The position numbers were made by a program, and so were the translations under genes. This document shows, one piece after another, positions 38,569-50,639 of a DNA stretch of 64,000 bases (positions within the stretch are counted from its first letter, which is position 1; each line of letters opens with the position of its first letter). Source of the stretch: Leptogorgia sarmentosa (Eukaryota); contig OZ210885.1 of NCBI GenBank assembly GCA_964658305.1, forward strand, positions 6,944,001-7,008,000, read 5' to 3'. The notes beneath the pieces were generated by a model. It was given only the letters and a program-made list of their open reading frames with translations, was not told where the DNA came from and searched no databases.

Positions 38569-39203
38569 ATTGAAGATTGTCAACTCGAAATTACACATGT
38601 TCAACCGTTCAAGTCTTTCATAATTTATAGCATTTTTACAACTTTTTACAGAGTAGTACATTTCCACAACAGTGACGACCGATCGGTTCTACTAATTGCA
38701 TGAATTTCAAATGTGGCAGCTACGTGCGCTATACTTCTTGCCTGTTAAAAGATTTTAAATAGCAAAAAGCTAAATTGATTTTTTTATTTGGAAAAATTTA
38801 ATGAATTTAAAAATTTAACTTGAAGAGCGTAGACTACCATGGCGTTACACTTATTTGCCAGTCCGTTGACGTAACTATTCAAGCAAAGCGTGAAAGGGAC
38901 GGCCTACTGCATAATTTTTTCGTAAATCTAGGAGTAGTGGCACTGAACACGAATATGTGAGTAGACCACCCCCCCCCCCCCGCCCCAATCAACCCTCTAG
39001 CTACGGCGCAGTTGAATATGGAATATTGAGATTTAGCTGGTGCTTTTTGACAAATGAACATCGAGAATACATATTAAATGTATAATAAATTCTCTCATTT
39101 TTTCTTCCTTGCATTTAGCGAGCTGTTGAGAACATAATGTTTGATGCAAAAGTTCGGCAACTTGTGGAATATGAACATTCTAACGAAAGAATTGGGCAAC
39201 TTT

Positions 39204-39274
39204 GCGTTGGTGGTTCAGTGGTAGAATTCTCGCCTGCCACGCGGGAGACCGGGGTTCGATTCCCCGCTAACGCA
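39204..39274 (+). tRNA. tRNA-Gly(GCC)
   Basis: Same sequence as 8399-8469. Confidence 0.9.
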
Positions 39275-39358
39275 GATTATATTCATTTTGTTGCATTTCA
39301 ACTGCAACACGAGAAACAAACTGGGTTTTTAACACAGGAATAGTCAACAAGTTATCAC

Positions 39359-39430
39359 TCCCATGTGGTCTAGTGGTTAGGATCTGGCGTTTTCACCGCC
39401 ATGGCCCGGGTTCGATTCCCGGCGTGGGAA
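39359..39430 (+). tRNA. tRNA-Glu(TTC)
   Basis: Intact body followed by a TTTTT terminator. Confidence 0.9.
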
Positions 39431-39516
39431 TTTTTATTGAAAATTTCAATTTGAAGCAGCTTGTGTTCACTTTCTCAAACACGTTCTCTGAAACCAAACC
39501 ATTTTAACAGCAGTAC

Positions 39517-39589
39517 GACCTTGTGGCGCAATTGGTAGCGCGTCTGACTCCAGATCAGAAGGTTAAGTGTTCAATTCACTTCAAGGTCA
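39517..39589 (+). tRNA. tRNA-Trp(CCA)
   Basis: Same sequence as 8712-8784. Confidence 0.85.
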
Positions 39590-39685
39590 AGCACTTCTGG
39601 CCACGCTGTCTCTCGAAATTTTCTTCGAAATTCAAATTAAAAATATTATCGTTATTTTCAGTTTCCGAGAAAAGATAAATGTTTC

Positions 39686-39757
39686 TCCCATGTGGTCCAG
39701 TGGTCAGGACCTGGCGCTCTCACCGCCAAGGCCCGGTTTCGATTCCCGGCATGGGAA
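39686..39757 (+). tRNA. tRNA-Glu(CTC)
   Basis: TCCCATG/CATGGGA stem, CTC anticodon, slightly altered B-box. Confidence 0.7.
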
Positions 39758-40228
39758 TAATACTTACGAGAGAAGGAAACAAATATGCAATTCGAGAAAT
39801 TAGCAAAACCATTGCTATTATACTAGCTCTATCCCTGTTACCCATTCTTTTGGTGTTTTGTGTATTTAAGTCCTTGTTGACATGATCTTGCTTTTCCACA
39901 AAAAATGATTTGGCTGATCATGTTTAAAGTGCAACAATTTCCTAGAAATTGTAACGCAGAATATTTTCATTTTGTTGCATTTCAATTGAAACACAAATAG
40001 AAAATCATTCTTAATTGGCATATTTCATAACTATATATATCAATTGATACAATACAATACAAACGGGAGTTCTTTCCGTCGAATTTGTTGATGGAAAACT
40101 TGGACATTTAATCTGTCACTTTAAAGGCTCAGCCACCACCACCGAGAACAGAACTTCCTGTTATCGAGTTTTTCCCAAAAACAATTCATGTTTATCTTCG
40201 AGGCTAAAATGTTGAAGACATTGCACAA

Positions 40229-40324
40229 CGTAGTCGGCAGGATTTGAACCTGCGCGGGAAACTCCGAAAGAATCTCTAGAAACAGATTTCTAGTCTGTCA
40301 CCTTAACCACTCGGCCACGACAAC
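40229..40324 (-). pseudogene. tRNA-Ser(AGA) with 14-nt insertion at the variable arm
   Basis: ACAGA-CTAGAAA-TCTGT arm; 96 nt versus 82 nt for the Ser gene at 5950. Confidence 0.7.
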
Positions 40325-41446
40325 GTTACTACAACCAAACGGTTTCGCGTTGCTCAACAAAACATTCACATCTACAACTGACCTACACTCTCAGCGCAAC
40401 ACTGTGAATAATATGAAGTAGACTTGTGAGAAGAGGTGACCGCGTGAGACCTGGATCAAGGTTACTTGGGAATAAAATGGATTCTTTTGAGTGTTTCTTT
40501 CTTGATGATATAAATAAACGTATTACTTGACTGTGATTGTTGATTTCTGCGCAGTCAATCCCAAATCACAGTGCAATTTTATGTTATTACTTTGAACCAA
40601 TGAAAATTAGAGCTAAGGCTACAGATTGTTTCCGAATACAAAACAAACATGGCGGCCGGGCTATACAAAAGCAAAAACTGGAATTTGGAACAAGGTTTCG
40701 AAATTATTTTCCAATTAATTGAAACTCCTCTCAAATTTCAATTACGCAATCAAAATCCATCACACTCCAGCGTTCAAATGCGATCAGTTTTTGCACATTG
40801 AGCCAGCGATTGATTAGTCAACCGATTAGTCAAATAAGCGGTATTCGAATGAGAATTGACTAATCTGCGTTTTAGATAATGTAATTTGATTGGTCCAATT
40901 TGCTCAAGCCACACATTACAGACGTGTTGATTGGTCAAAAATATTCTGACTATAATCATTGCGAAATTTTGACTAAAGCACGTGGATTTTTTTACTAATC
41001 CTGCAGTTGCATGGAGCGTTGTGATTGGATTATTTTGCGCAAAGTAAGGTAAAGAACGTCTCCTCTGATTGGCTTCTTGTAATATTGTTGATATTTCAAT
41101 AACAAGTTAACAACATAAATTTGCGAATTGAAAATAATTGAAAATGTTAGGATTTCGCAGCCGATGAAATGTTGATTTCGCGTGCATCGGATGTAGATAT
41201 CTCATCATATATATGTATGTATATATATGGCCATAATAAGGTAATGCCGTTAGCATTTTAAGTTTAACAAATCGTTCGATTGAAAGTTTAAACTGCCTAC
41301 ATATATAAATACTTAATATGTGTTTTTATTTTCAGTCAAAATCTGATTTTTACCCAAGGCCGCAAGCAACGGCAATAATAAACAGAACTTCAACGGCGAC
41401 GATGCCCGCAATGGTGATTACAATAATTTTTGGTGTTTTAAACAGA

Positions 41447-41518
41447 TACCGTGACCAGGATTCGAACCTGGGTTATTGCAGCCACAACGCAATGTACTAA
41501 CCACTATACGATCACGGC
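41447..41518 (-). tRNA. tRNA-His(GTG), slightly degenerate
   Basis: Reverse paralogue of 12466-12537. Confidence 0.75.
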
Positions 41519-41630
41519 GACTTCGCTGGAAGATTGGAAAATGTTTTGGAACGGCTGAGATTTTACATTAATTCCCCTATTTTTCTCCGTCAGTACAAAG
41601 TACATTAGAAAACATTTTGATGCCATCAAT

Positions 41631-41685
41631 TGCTTGCTGGTCTAGTGGTGTGATTCTCGCACGGGTTCGATTCGCGTGCAAGCCC
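41631..41685 (+). pseudogene. Anticodon-less tRNA-Pro derivative
   Basis: Same deletion junction (TTCTCGC|ACGGG) as 12299-12353. Confidence 0.7.
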
Positions 41686-41803
41686 TAGTTAATTAACCAA
41701 GTAAGACGTTCTGTTTTTTGAAAGCTTCCGTAAATCCTTAGAAAACCTCGCGCAAAAAAATTCGGTTACATTTACCGTCACGACGTCTCAATAACATCAC
41801 AAA

Positions 41804-41866
41804 CGTCTCTGGTTGGATTCGATTGCGATATCAGGCGAACGCGCTAACCGATGGCGCCACAAAGAC
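41804..41866 (-). pseudogene. tRNA-Asn relic with anticodon/variable region replaced
   Basis: Both Asn ends are present; the centre is replaced by a short unrelated sequence. Confidence 0.6.
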
Positions 41867-42113
41867 CGACTCCATTGTAAACCTTCCGAAAGGACATAAA
41901 AAAATAATGGATAATATTTTTGCTCAAAATCTCATTTTTTGCCAACGGCAATAGAGAGCTTACGCAAGGACGGTTTTTGACGGACGACTTCGACTTTTCG
42001 ACAGGATGTGACGTAATATTTGAAGTGAGCATGCGTCTCGGCAGGCTGGAAGGCATCCTTCGCGAGTCGACACCGTCCAAAGGCCATTTTCGAAGGCGTC
42101 GTAAAGCATGCAG

Positions 42114-42224
42114 CGGATTTTTCGATTCGTTTATGTCAAAGAGATGAAGAAACTCTTCGTCATTAATATAGTTTTGATCGTGACAGAGTAGTAAGCAATC
42201 TCTAACCACTCGTAATTTCGGCAT
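42114..42224 (-). mobile_element. N-terminal fragment resembling Harbinger/HARBI1-like transposases
   Basis: MPKLRVVRDCLLLCHDQNYINDEEFLHLFDINESKNP resembles the start of such proteins (from recall); similarity ends abruptly. Confidence 0.5.
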
Positions 42225-42408
42225 GTTGACAAAATTGTAATATTACGTTAAGGACAATTATGCAAAAAATCACAAGTCACAACTGTCAAACTGACGACGA
42301 CGTCCACGCAGCTTAACAATCAATTCAAACGTCGCGCGATGGACGACGTATATCGATTATGACGGAGCCCTTACGCTTTTTGGCTGAAGTTATACATCTG
42401 GTCCTCTT

Positions 42409-42550
42409 AGGTCCGTTTTCCACTTCAAGCGTATCGTAATGTAACGGAGCATTTTTTTTGTGTCGAAGTCGTTAGATCCATTTCACTGCTCAGGAAAAAA
42501 TAATATACGCTACGTTACGTTACGATTCGGTTGAAGTGGGAAACGGCCTT
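42409..42550. mobile_element. MITE
   Basis: AGG.CCGTTT.CCACTTCAA...TTGAAGTGGGAAACGGCCT. Confidence 0.6.
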
Positions 42551-43467
42551 TAATCTGTGTAGAAAGTAGAAACACCCCGCCGTTAGGCAGGGTGACGAAA
42601 AATTAGTCTATAGACTCATTCTGTTGTTCTCCTCCACGGAAATCTTTAGTAAAAGGCGAAAGATTTATACGCGGATTGAAGGAAAACCAGAGTTTGATAT
42701 CAACCACAAAGTTTTTCACGGATCTTAAACTACAAACCACGTCCTTTCGCTTGTGGGGCGCAGAATTAAACCCACGCATGCGCACGCATTTAACCTATCA
42801 GCAAGAAAGTATGTAGTTTCAAAGCTGACAATTACGAAGACTAGAGGCTTTCAGTCTGAAACATTTCACTTTGTTGAATTGGAACACGCCGTGGTTAAAA
42901 AAAATGCCAATTATTAAAATGGTGAAACAATGAATTGAAACAATGAATCGAATATACAATGTTCATATTCCACAAGATGCCGAACAAATACACCAAATAC
43001 CTTCAAATAATAAACAGAGTAAGTTCTAGCAAATTGCTACACTTTAAACATGATCAACAAAATCAATTCACGTGACGGAGGCACACATTATTTTATTGGA
43101 ATTTTTTCAATCAATCGAAGTTAAAATCGAACGATCCCAAAAACCATTGCGAATTTTCAACAGTCATCGGAAATACTGTGTTTATGTGTTGTTGTATTAT
43201 CTTGTTAGTGTTTGGGAGGGTTAAAATTGGGAATTACTACATTTCTTGTAGTGCACTGGTTACTACACGCCTCTAACACTTGCAAGGACCCCAGTTTAAA
43301 TCTTGCTGGACCTGCATCTCCATCGTGCTCGTGTTTCCCACTCGCGGTATTTCGCCAAACACGCGTCCAATTTTTCATTAATACTTCTCGAACAGTGTAA
43401 TTTCCTGTACAAATTCAAATAAAAGATATTATCGTTATTTTAACATTCCGAGAAAAGATAAACGTTT

Positions 43468-43539
43468 CTCCATGTAGTCCAGTGGTCTGGATCTGGCGCT
43501 CTCACCGCCAAGGCCCGGGTTCGATTCCCGGCATGGGAA
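43468..43539 (+). tRNA. tRNA-Glu(CTC), degenerate
   Basis: CTC arm and GTTCGATTCCCGGCATGGGAA intact; 5' end altered. Confidence 0.6.
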
Positions 43540-43830
43540 TAATAATTGCGAGAGAAGGAAAAAAATATGCAAAATATGCAATTCGATAAATTAGCAAAAC
43601 CATTGCTATTTTTCTAGTTCTATCCCTCTTACAATTCTTTTGGTGTTTTCTGTATTTAAGTCCTTGTTGACATGACTTTGCTTTACAACAAAAAAAATAT
43701 TTTTGCTGATCATGTTTAAAGTGTAACAATTTCCATGAACTTACTTTGACTTATTATTTGAAGGTGTTTGGTGCAAAAGTTCGGCATCTTGTGGAATATG
43801 AACATTATAACGAAACAATTGGGCAACTTT

Positions 43831-43901
43831 GCGTTGGTGGTTCAATGGTAGAATTCTCGCCTGCCACGCGGGAGACCGGGGTTCGATTCCCCGCTAACGC
43901 A
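43831..43901 (+). tRNA. tRNA-Gly(GCC)
   Basis: One D-loop change versus 8399-8469. Confidence 0.85.
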
Positions 43902-43985
43902 GATTATTTTCATTTTGTTGCATTTCAACTGCAACACGAGAAACAAACTGGCTTTGTAACATAGAAATATTCTACAAGTTATCAC

Positions 43986-44056
43986 TCCCATGTGGTCTAG
44001 TGGGTAGGATCTGGCGTTTTCACCGCCATGGCCCGGGTTCGATTTTCGGCGGGGAA
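43986..44056 (+). pseudogene. tRNA-Glu(TTC), degenerate
   Basis: T-stem and acceptor mutations plus a 1-nt deletion. Confidence 0.6.
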
Positions 44057-44141
44057 TTATTCTGAAAATTTCAATTTGAAGCAGCTTGTGTTCACATTCT
44101 CAAACTCGTTCTCTGAAACCAAACCATTTTAACAGCGCCAC

Positions 44142-44177
44142 GATTTTGTGGCGCAATTGGTAGCGCGTCTGACTCCA
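44142..44177 (+). pseudogene. tRNA-Trp 5' half
   Basis: Same junction as 9010-9045. Confidence 0.65.
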
Positions 44178-45142
44178 TTCCCTAGCCGTTTATTTCGTTT
44201 AAATTTGGAAATTAAATTGACATATTTTATCAAATTAATAGGGTTTATAATTTATTAGCTGTCTCGCGTTTGTGCCACTTTCTGGTATAAAAATTCACGT
44301 TATAAAAAAAAGAACTTTTTTAAAATTTTCCAACAAAATTTTGGATTCTAACTTAGATTATAAGTTTCTTATTCACGTCCGAAGTTCACAAATCGTTCAA
44401 ACTGTACGAAAAATCTGTATTTTAAGAATAAATGTTGCCTTGTATATGCTTTCCTATTGTTTTTGTTATATATCTCGCGCAATGAAGTAGGCTGGGGCGA
44501 GTATAATTAATTCGCGTTGTGACGATTTCTGGCGATGATTTGGAATTAACATGCACCAGTGAGTTTTGCAAAGATCTCAAATTAGAAACTGTCCTAAAGA
44601 CGAGTGCAACTGGAGGTCGTTGGAAACCTCACGAGTGCATTGTTATCCGAATTTACGAGAAACCACACTATTACAAGTTAATAGTTTGCAGAAAAGTATT
44701 AGAGACAACTGTCGTTTTTTCCGTTATAAGAAAAAGATAAAAGCTATATTTGCGAACCGAAGATAATTTTTGCTTTGCATAGCGCGGCCGCCATGTTTGT
44801 TTTGTTTTGAAGCAAACTGTAGCTTGAGCTCTAATTTGATTGGTTCAAAGTAATAACATTAAAAAGCACTGTGATAACAGAAAATTTCACTGTGATAACA
44901 AGAAATTGCACACTGTGATTACACTGAAAATTGCACTGTGATTACACAAAATTGCACTGTGATTTGGGAGTAACTCAGTACTCGAGTAATACTTTTATCT
45001 ATATTATCAAGAAAGAAACACCCAAAAGAATCCATATTATTCCCAAGCAACCTTGGGCCTACGTCCCACGCGGTCACCTCAGAGTAGATGTTGTAGATGT
45101 GAATGTTTGTTCAACAACGCGAAACCTGTTGGTTGTAGCAAC

Positions 45143-45168
45143 GTAGTCGTGGCCGAGTGGTTAAGGCG
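45143..45168 (+). pseudogene. tRNA-Ser 5' fragment
   Basis: Same junction as 10772-10797. Confidence 0.65.
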
Positions 45169-47322
45169 GTGAACTATATTAATACCTGGAACGATAACTC
45201 CTATGATTTGTCCTATGATTGGCTGATGTCGGCGGGCAAGAAAATTAACATTCAAACCAGGTGATCTCGTGTTCGTGTTTTAGCCAATCGGCGCCCAGAA
45301 AGGGTTGCCTGAATAGAAATCCATTTTGCTATATTCACTCAATTATATCTTTAGTTATTCGGGATGAAACCAGCTGAAATTTTGTAATTGTGTTTGGTTA
45401 TGAGAACTATAGCTCTGACAAAAATATGGAATCGAAATAAAGTATTTTATGGGAGATATTCAGTTGTTCCAATCGGAAAATGGATTTCTATTTGACCGCT
45501 AGTCCCAGTCCTTTTCCGTGTATCGAGATCACCTGGAAAGGACTGGGGAGAGTTCTAAGGAGCGAGAATTTTTTCACCCGGCTTGTTTATGAGCATAAAT
45601 GGCAAGAAATAACACGGTTTTTAGCAGAAAAACATCGATGTTTTGGATTCATACCAGGTTTCCTGTTAAGTTCCAACTGTTTTACGTCCGTCTGCCGCAA
45701 AAAGTGAGCATTTTTATTCCTATATCTCAAAAAAATGGCAAATGTTTTGGTGTGTCAAAAAAACTTTGCTCTTCAACCGACAAAAATATATATTTTGAAA
45801 CGTTTAGACAGTCCCAAACCTATTTTGCAATAAACGCCAAGTATCCTTCTTGATTTTAAACGTTTTATTGCTGCTTTATATCATTTAAAACATGAATAAA
45901 TCGACGTTTTTCGAATGGTGTTATTTTCGGCTTCGGACTTTCAGTGGGCCTGGGGAGAGTATATTGTAAACAAAACCTTGGTTTTAAACAAAACCTTGGT
46001 TTTTGAAAAAAAATGTCAAAAATACGTTGTTTTGAGCCGCAATATAGGGTTTTGATGCCTAAAAACCATGTTTTTGTATAGCTCAGTGTGATTCACGTCT
46101 GTCTGTGTAGATAACGTTTCTGGAACCACTCTTAATTGTACCGAAATTATTTCAAAAAAAATCATTTTCATTTTCGACGTGCATCAAAACCTCTCAAACT
46201 CCATCGATGCGCGAAAGAAATTATTAAATATTAAATTTCAATCTATTTAAAAGATATTTAGCTTAAAATGAAGTAAAAAAGGCATCATTTTAAGGTCAAA
46301 ATCAGGGTTTGAAAATTGTCACTTTTTCGCTTCGTGGTTGTCAATCGCGGCGTTGAATTTGACATTCCACGTATGAATCTTTCGCCTTCCGTGGAGGAGA
46401 ATAACTGAATGAATTCATAGATTAACTTTTCGTGACCCTGCCTAACAGCGGGGTGTTTTTACCATACAAAATAATTGGATTAATAAGATTCGATTCATTG
46501 TTTCAATTCATTGTTTCACCATTTTAATAATTGGCATTTTTTTTAACCACGGCGTGTTCCAATTCAACAAAGTGAAATGTTTCAGACTAAAAGCATCTAG
46601 TCTTCGTAATTGTCAGCTTTGAAACTACATACTTTCTTGCTGATACGTTAAATGCGTGCGCATGCGTGGGTTCAATTCTGCGCCCCATAAGCGAAAGGAC
46701 GTGGTTTGTAGTTTAAGATCCGTGAAAAACTTTGTGGTTGATATCAAACTCTGGTTTTCCTTCAATCCGCGTATAAATCTTTCGCCTTTTACTAAAGATT
46801 TCCGTGGAGGAGAACATCAGAATGAGTCTACAGACAAATTTTTCTTCACCCTGCTTTAACGGCGGGGTCTTACCCTACAAAATTACCAAACGAACATTAA
46901 ACAGTTCTATTAAACATTATGCGGCTGGATTGGCGACAGAGTGTGCGGCTGACTGCAAAAGGTCGGACTTTGAACGCGGCTTACTTTACTAAACCGCTTC
47001 CTTTATTAAACCGTTTCTAAAACGGTTTCGTGCATGTGTTGAGGCGTACTGAAAATAAAGAATCATTTATGAATGGTGGATTATGGAATGCTATCACCCT
47101 TTCTTGTCAATTCAGTCGGATTTTATTTTGACTGCACGTGTTTCTATTCGGCCAGTGAAAGGAAGTCACAGATCTGATGGCTTTCCAACCAAATGATGCT
47201 CTATGTTCTAGTGAGGCCAAAGCTACTGTTGAATTATTTAAACCTTTTAATTCGCTTTTCATATGGTTTTATATATATATATATATGATATATATGGTTA
47301 TATATGGTTTTATATATAGTCG

Positions 47323-47340
47323 GTCTCTGTGGCGCAATCA

Positions 47341-47372
<32 letters not shown>

Positions 47373-47396
47373 TTGGTTCGAATCCAACCGGGGACG
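47323..47396 (+). tRNA. tRNA-Asn(GTT)
   Basis: TTCGG-CTGTTAA-CCGAA arm, GTTCGAATCC; D-loop GG changed to AG. Confidence 0.8.
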
Positions 47397-47519
47397 CGTT
47401 TGGTGTGATGTTATTCAGACGTCTTGACGGCAAATGTAACCGAATTTTTTTCGTGGTGTTTTCTAAGGATTTGCGGAAGCTTTCAAAAAAACAGAACGTC
47501 TTACTTGGTTAATTAACTA

Positions 47520-47571
47520 GGGCTTGCACGGGAATCGAACCCGTGCGAGAATCATACCACTAGACCAACAA
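47520..47571 (-). pseudogene. Anticodon-less tRNA-Pro derivative split by a transposon (5' end resumes at 48798-48805)
   Basis: Paralogue of 12299-12353. Confidence 0.7.
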
Positions 47572-48797
47572 CAGGCGCGGATCCAGACCGTGGCGAACGG
47601 TGCGCGAGCCACGGTCAGATTTTTCCCACCTTAGATTTTCCGGGGTTCACCTTTTTCGCAAATTAGATTAAAGTATATATATGAATAATAATTTGAAATA
47701 AATCGTTCAAAATCAAGGAAATCTGCATCTAAACTCTAAAACAGCCAATTTGAATAACATTTTCCCGGATTGTTCACATTATTTTATGTGGTGTAGTATT
47801 TCGCGTCAAACGCAATGAAAACGCCGAAATATTATGTTTTTTCTATAGCATAATCATTCAGTTAACACTGAACTATAAGAACAGCCGAAACCGTACCGAA
47901 GTGTGCCGAATATGTTCGGTAAACACTCGCAAATTTGAAGCTGCCGCCTGCGATCACAGCCACAAATTTTGCCACGGTCAGCGTGCAAAAAGTTTCGCAA
48001 TTGTTACTAAATATAGTAACATTCTGCCACGGTGCAGAGGTGCAAACCAATCACAGGGCTAGATGTGGTCATGTGCGCCACGGTGCGCCACGGTGAGCGT
48101 ATTTTTATTGCGCAATGCAAATGATGAACGATGAGTTCGGGTACTCGTCGGACTTGACGGGTAGAATTTCATAACAAGCTATATTGATCAGTTCGCTGAA
48201 TCGAATGCTGTTAGAATGGAGGCTTTTGAAAAGGTCGATGTTCTCAAGAAGCTCGTTGAAATCTTTCCAAAATTGAACCAGGGCGAAGATATTTCAGGGG
48301 AGTTATCGCTCTTGAGGCAACAGTGTGATAAATATAAATTTATCACTGAAGGAAAGCTGCGCCGTATAAAATCTACAGGCGACATCGTGCTGCGAGTGTG
48401 CGAATTTTCCAAACTGCAGTTCCCCAAGAGTCAAATTGAAAGATCTGGGCCTAATATCCGTGTTAAGTAAGAAATTTTAATAGATTTATATTAAATTTGC
48501 AATTGCCTTAGGGCCAGGGAATATTTGTGTATGCAAATTTTATATGTAAATTATTTGAAGTTGGTCAAATAGTAATATGATCTCGATTTAAGTTCATTGA
48601 GTGCGATTCGTTATTTCTCTCTAAAATATGGCGGAATTAATGGCGAATTATATGATAGAATTCGATGCTCTGAACGCAGGGAAATGTGTTCAAATTTCGA
48701 CAATTTACGGGGGGGGGTGGTGCCCCGAACCCCCCCCCCCTGGTTATGCGAATTTTCGACCCTGCCACGGTCAGATTTAAAGCTGGATCCGCGCCTG
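47572..48797. mobile_element. Non-autonomous TIR element with 5-bp TSD AACAA (hAT5-like)
   Basis: 15-bp TIR CAGGCGCGGATCCAG, subterminal GCCACGGT repeats, empty site near 12345. Confidence 0.85.
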
Positions 48798-48917
48798 AAC
48801 AAGCCATCGATGGCATCAAAATGTTTTCTAATGTACTTTGTACTGACGGAGAAAAATAAGGGAATTAATGTAAAATCTCAGCCATTCCAAAACATTTCCC
48901 AATCTTACAGCGAAGTC

Positions 48918-48989
48918 GCCGTGATCGTATAGTGGTTAGTACATTGCGTTGTGGCCGCAATAACCCAGGTTCGAATCCTGGTCACGGCA
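48918..48989 (+). tRNA. tRNA-His(GTG)
   Basis: Same sequence as 12466-12537. Confidence 0.9.
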
Positions 48990-49019
48990 TCTGAATCAAA
49001 TTGAATTTCGATAGAGTCG

Positions 49020-49093
49020 GTCGCTGTGGCGCAATCGGTTAGCGCGTTCGTCTGTTAACCGAAAGGTTGTTGGTTCGAATCCAACCAGGGACG
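49020..49093 (+). tRNA. tRNA-Asn(GTT), two stem mismatches
   Basis: Same sequence as 12568-12641. Confidence 0.75.
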
Positions 49094-49957
49094 TGTTTGG
49101 TGTGATGTTATTCAGACGTCGTGGCGTTAAAATTCAATGACTTTGACATTCAGGGCACTCGCAGAGCAGGGAGATCCAGATCGGCCCCTAGACCATATGT
49201 GATAAGCACCTTGTCCTTTAGCGAAAGGCAATGTCGTAGCATTTGAACCAATAAACTATATTACGTCTTCGTATTTATATACGTTACACTCTTCAGGCGT
49301 GGTTGTTGTGGGACTCTTTTTGTGAATCCATTGCGCATGCGCTCACGTCAAAATTTGTTTTCTTCGTGTTTTTCAACATCCCAGACATTGTGAAAGTGTT
49401 AAAAAGCAAGGATAGTCAAGGAACAAGAAAAAACGCGAAAACAATTCGTCAAGGGCCCTACCATCCGCACAGAACGAGTCTGGTAGATCGCCAGTAGGGA
49501 CTTACTATGGCAACCGGAACGCATCGGGGATGCCCGCCATCACTTGACCGGTACAAATGTATGACTTTGACATTCAGGACACTCGGAGAGCAGGGAGATG
49601 CAGATCGGCCCCTAGACCATAATATGTGATAAGCACCTCCATATGTGATAAGCCCATATGTGATAAGCACCTTGTCCTTTAGCGAAAGGCAATGTCGTAG
49701 CATTTGAACCAATAAACTATATTACGTCTTCGTATTTATATACGTTACACTCTTCAGGCGTGGTTGTTGTGGGACTCTTTTTGTGAATCCATTGCGCATG
49801 CGCTCACGTCAAAATTTGTTTTCTTCGTTTTTCTTCGGTATACAAGCGTAAATTTGGGTTTGCAAAAAGCTAATATTATTCTACAGAACGTAGGTAATTT
49901 GCGCGACGTTTTGAAGGGATGAGCAAAGAAATATTCTCAATTTTTTGGTAAATTTGT

Positions 49958-50081
49958 TGTCAGGAGTGGGATTCGAACCCACGACCACATGTGTGGACCA
50001 GAACGCCCTATTATGTCAAGGTTGATCGTGACAAGTTTTTACACTTGAATCTGGCGCCTTAGACCGCTCGGCCATCCTGAC
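49958..50081 (-). tRNA. tRNA-Leu(CAA) with ~40-nt intron
   Basis: Paralogue of 13518-13641. Confidence 0.8.
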
Positions 50082-50343
50082 ACGCATGAAAACATGCAAT
50101 TTCCTACCACATTTATTCTTTGCTACCTTCAACATTCCACATCCCGTTCTGATTTTCTTTGACAACTGACGTGAGTCGGATACGAGTATTTCTTTAGTAA
50201 TTAAATTATCAAGTTCACCTTCACATTAATTTTGTTCTTGGATCAATTTGTTTCAATTTACTCGGAATTGCCAAATGAATGGTGGAAGAGAAAGGTAATA
50301 CAATTCGCTGTATTATAAAAAAATCAAATGTAATGTCTAAAAT

Positions 50344-50415
50344 AGGCTCTGCCGAGACTTGAACTCGGATCGCTGGATTCAAAGTCCAAAGTGCTAACCA
50401 TTACACCACAGAACC
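50344..50415 (-). tRNA. tRNA-Gln(TTG)
   Basis: GGTTCTG/CAGAGCC stem, TTG anticodon. Confidence 0.8.
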
Positions 50416-50639
50416 TTAACACGATCATGACAATTTTTCCGAGTTGTTTCACGTTTCTTCCTTTCTTGTACAACGAATGGCACCTCTTCAAACGATGAGA
50501 ATGTTTACTAAAGAGAAATTACATAATCAGTACCCTCCTAGGTTGTGAACTAATAGACGCTGACCTATTAGAGCCAAAGCCTTCCTGAAGTCAAATATAA
50601 TTACTCGTACATCATTACCGCCGTTGCCATCAGTTGATT

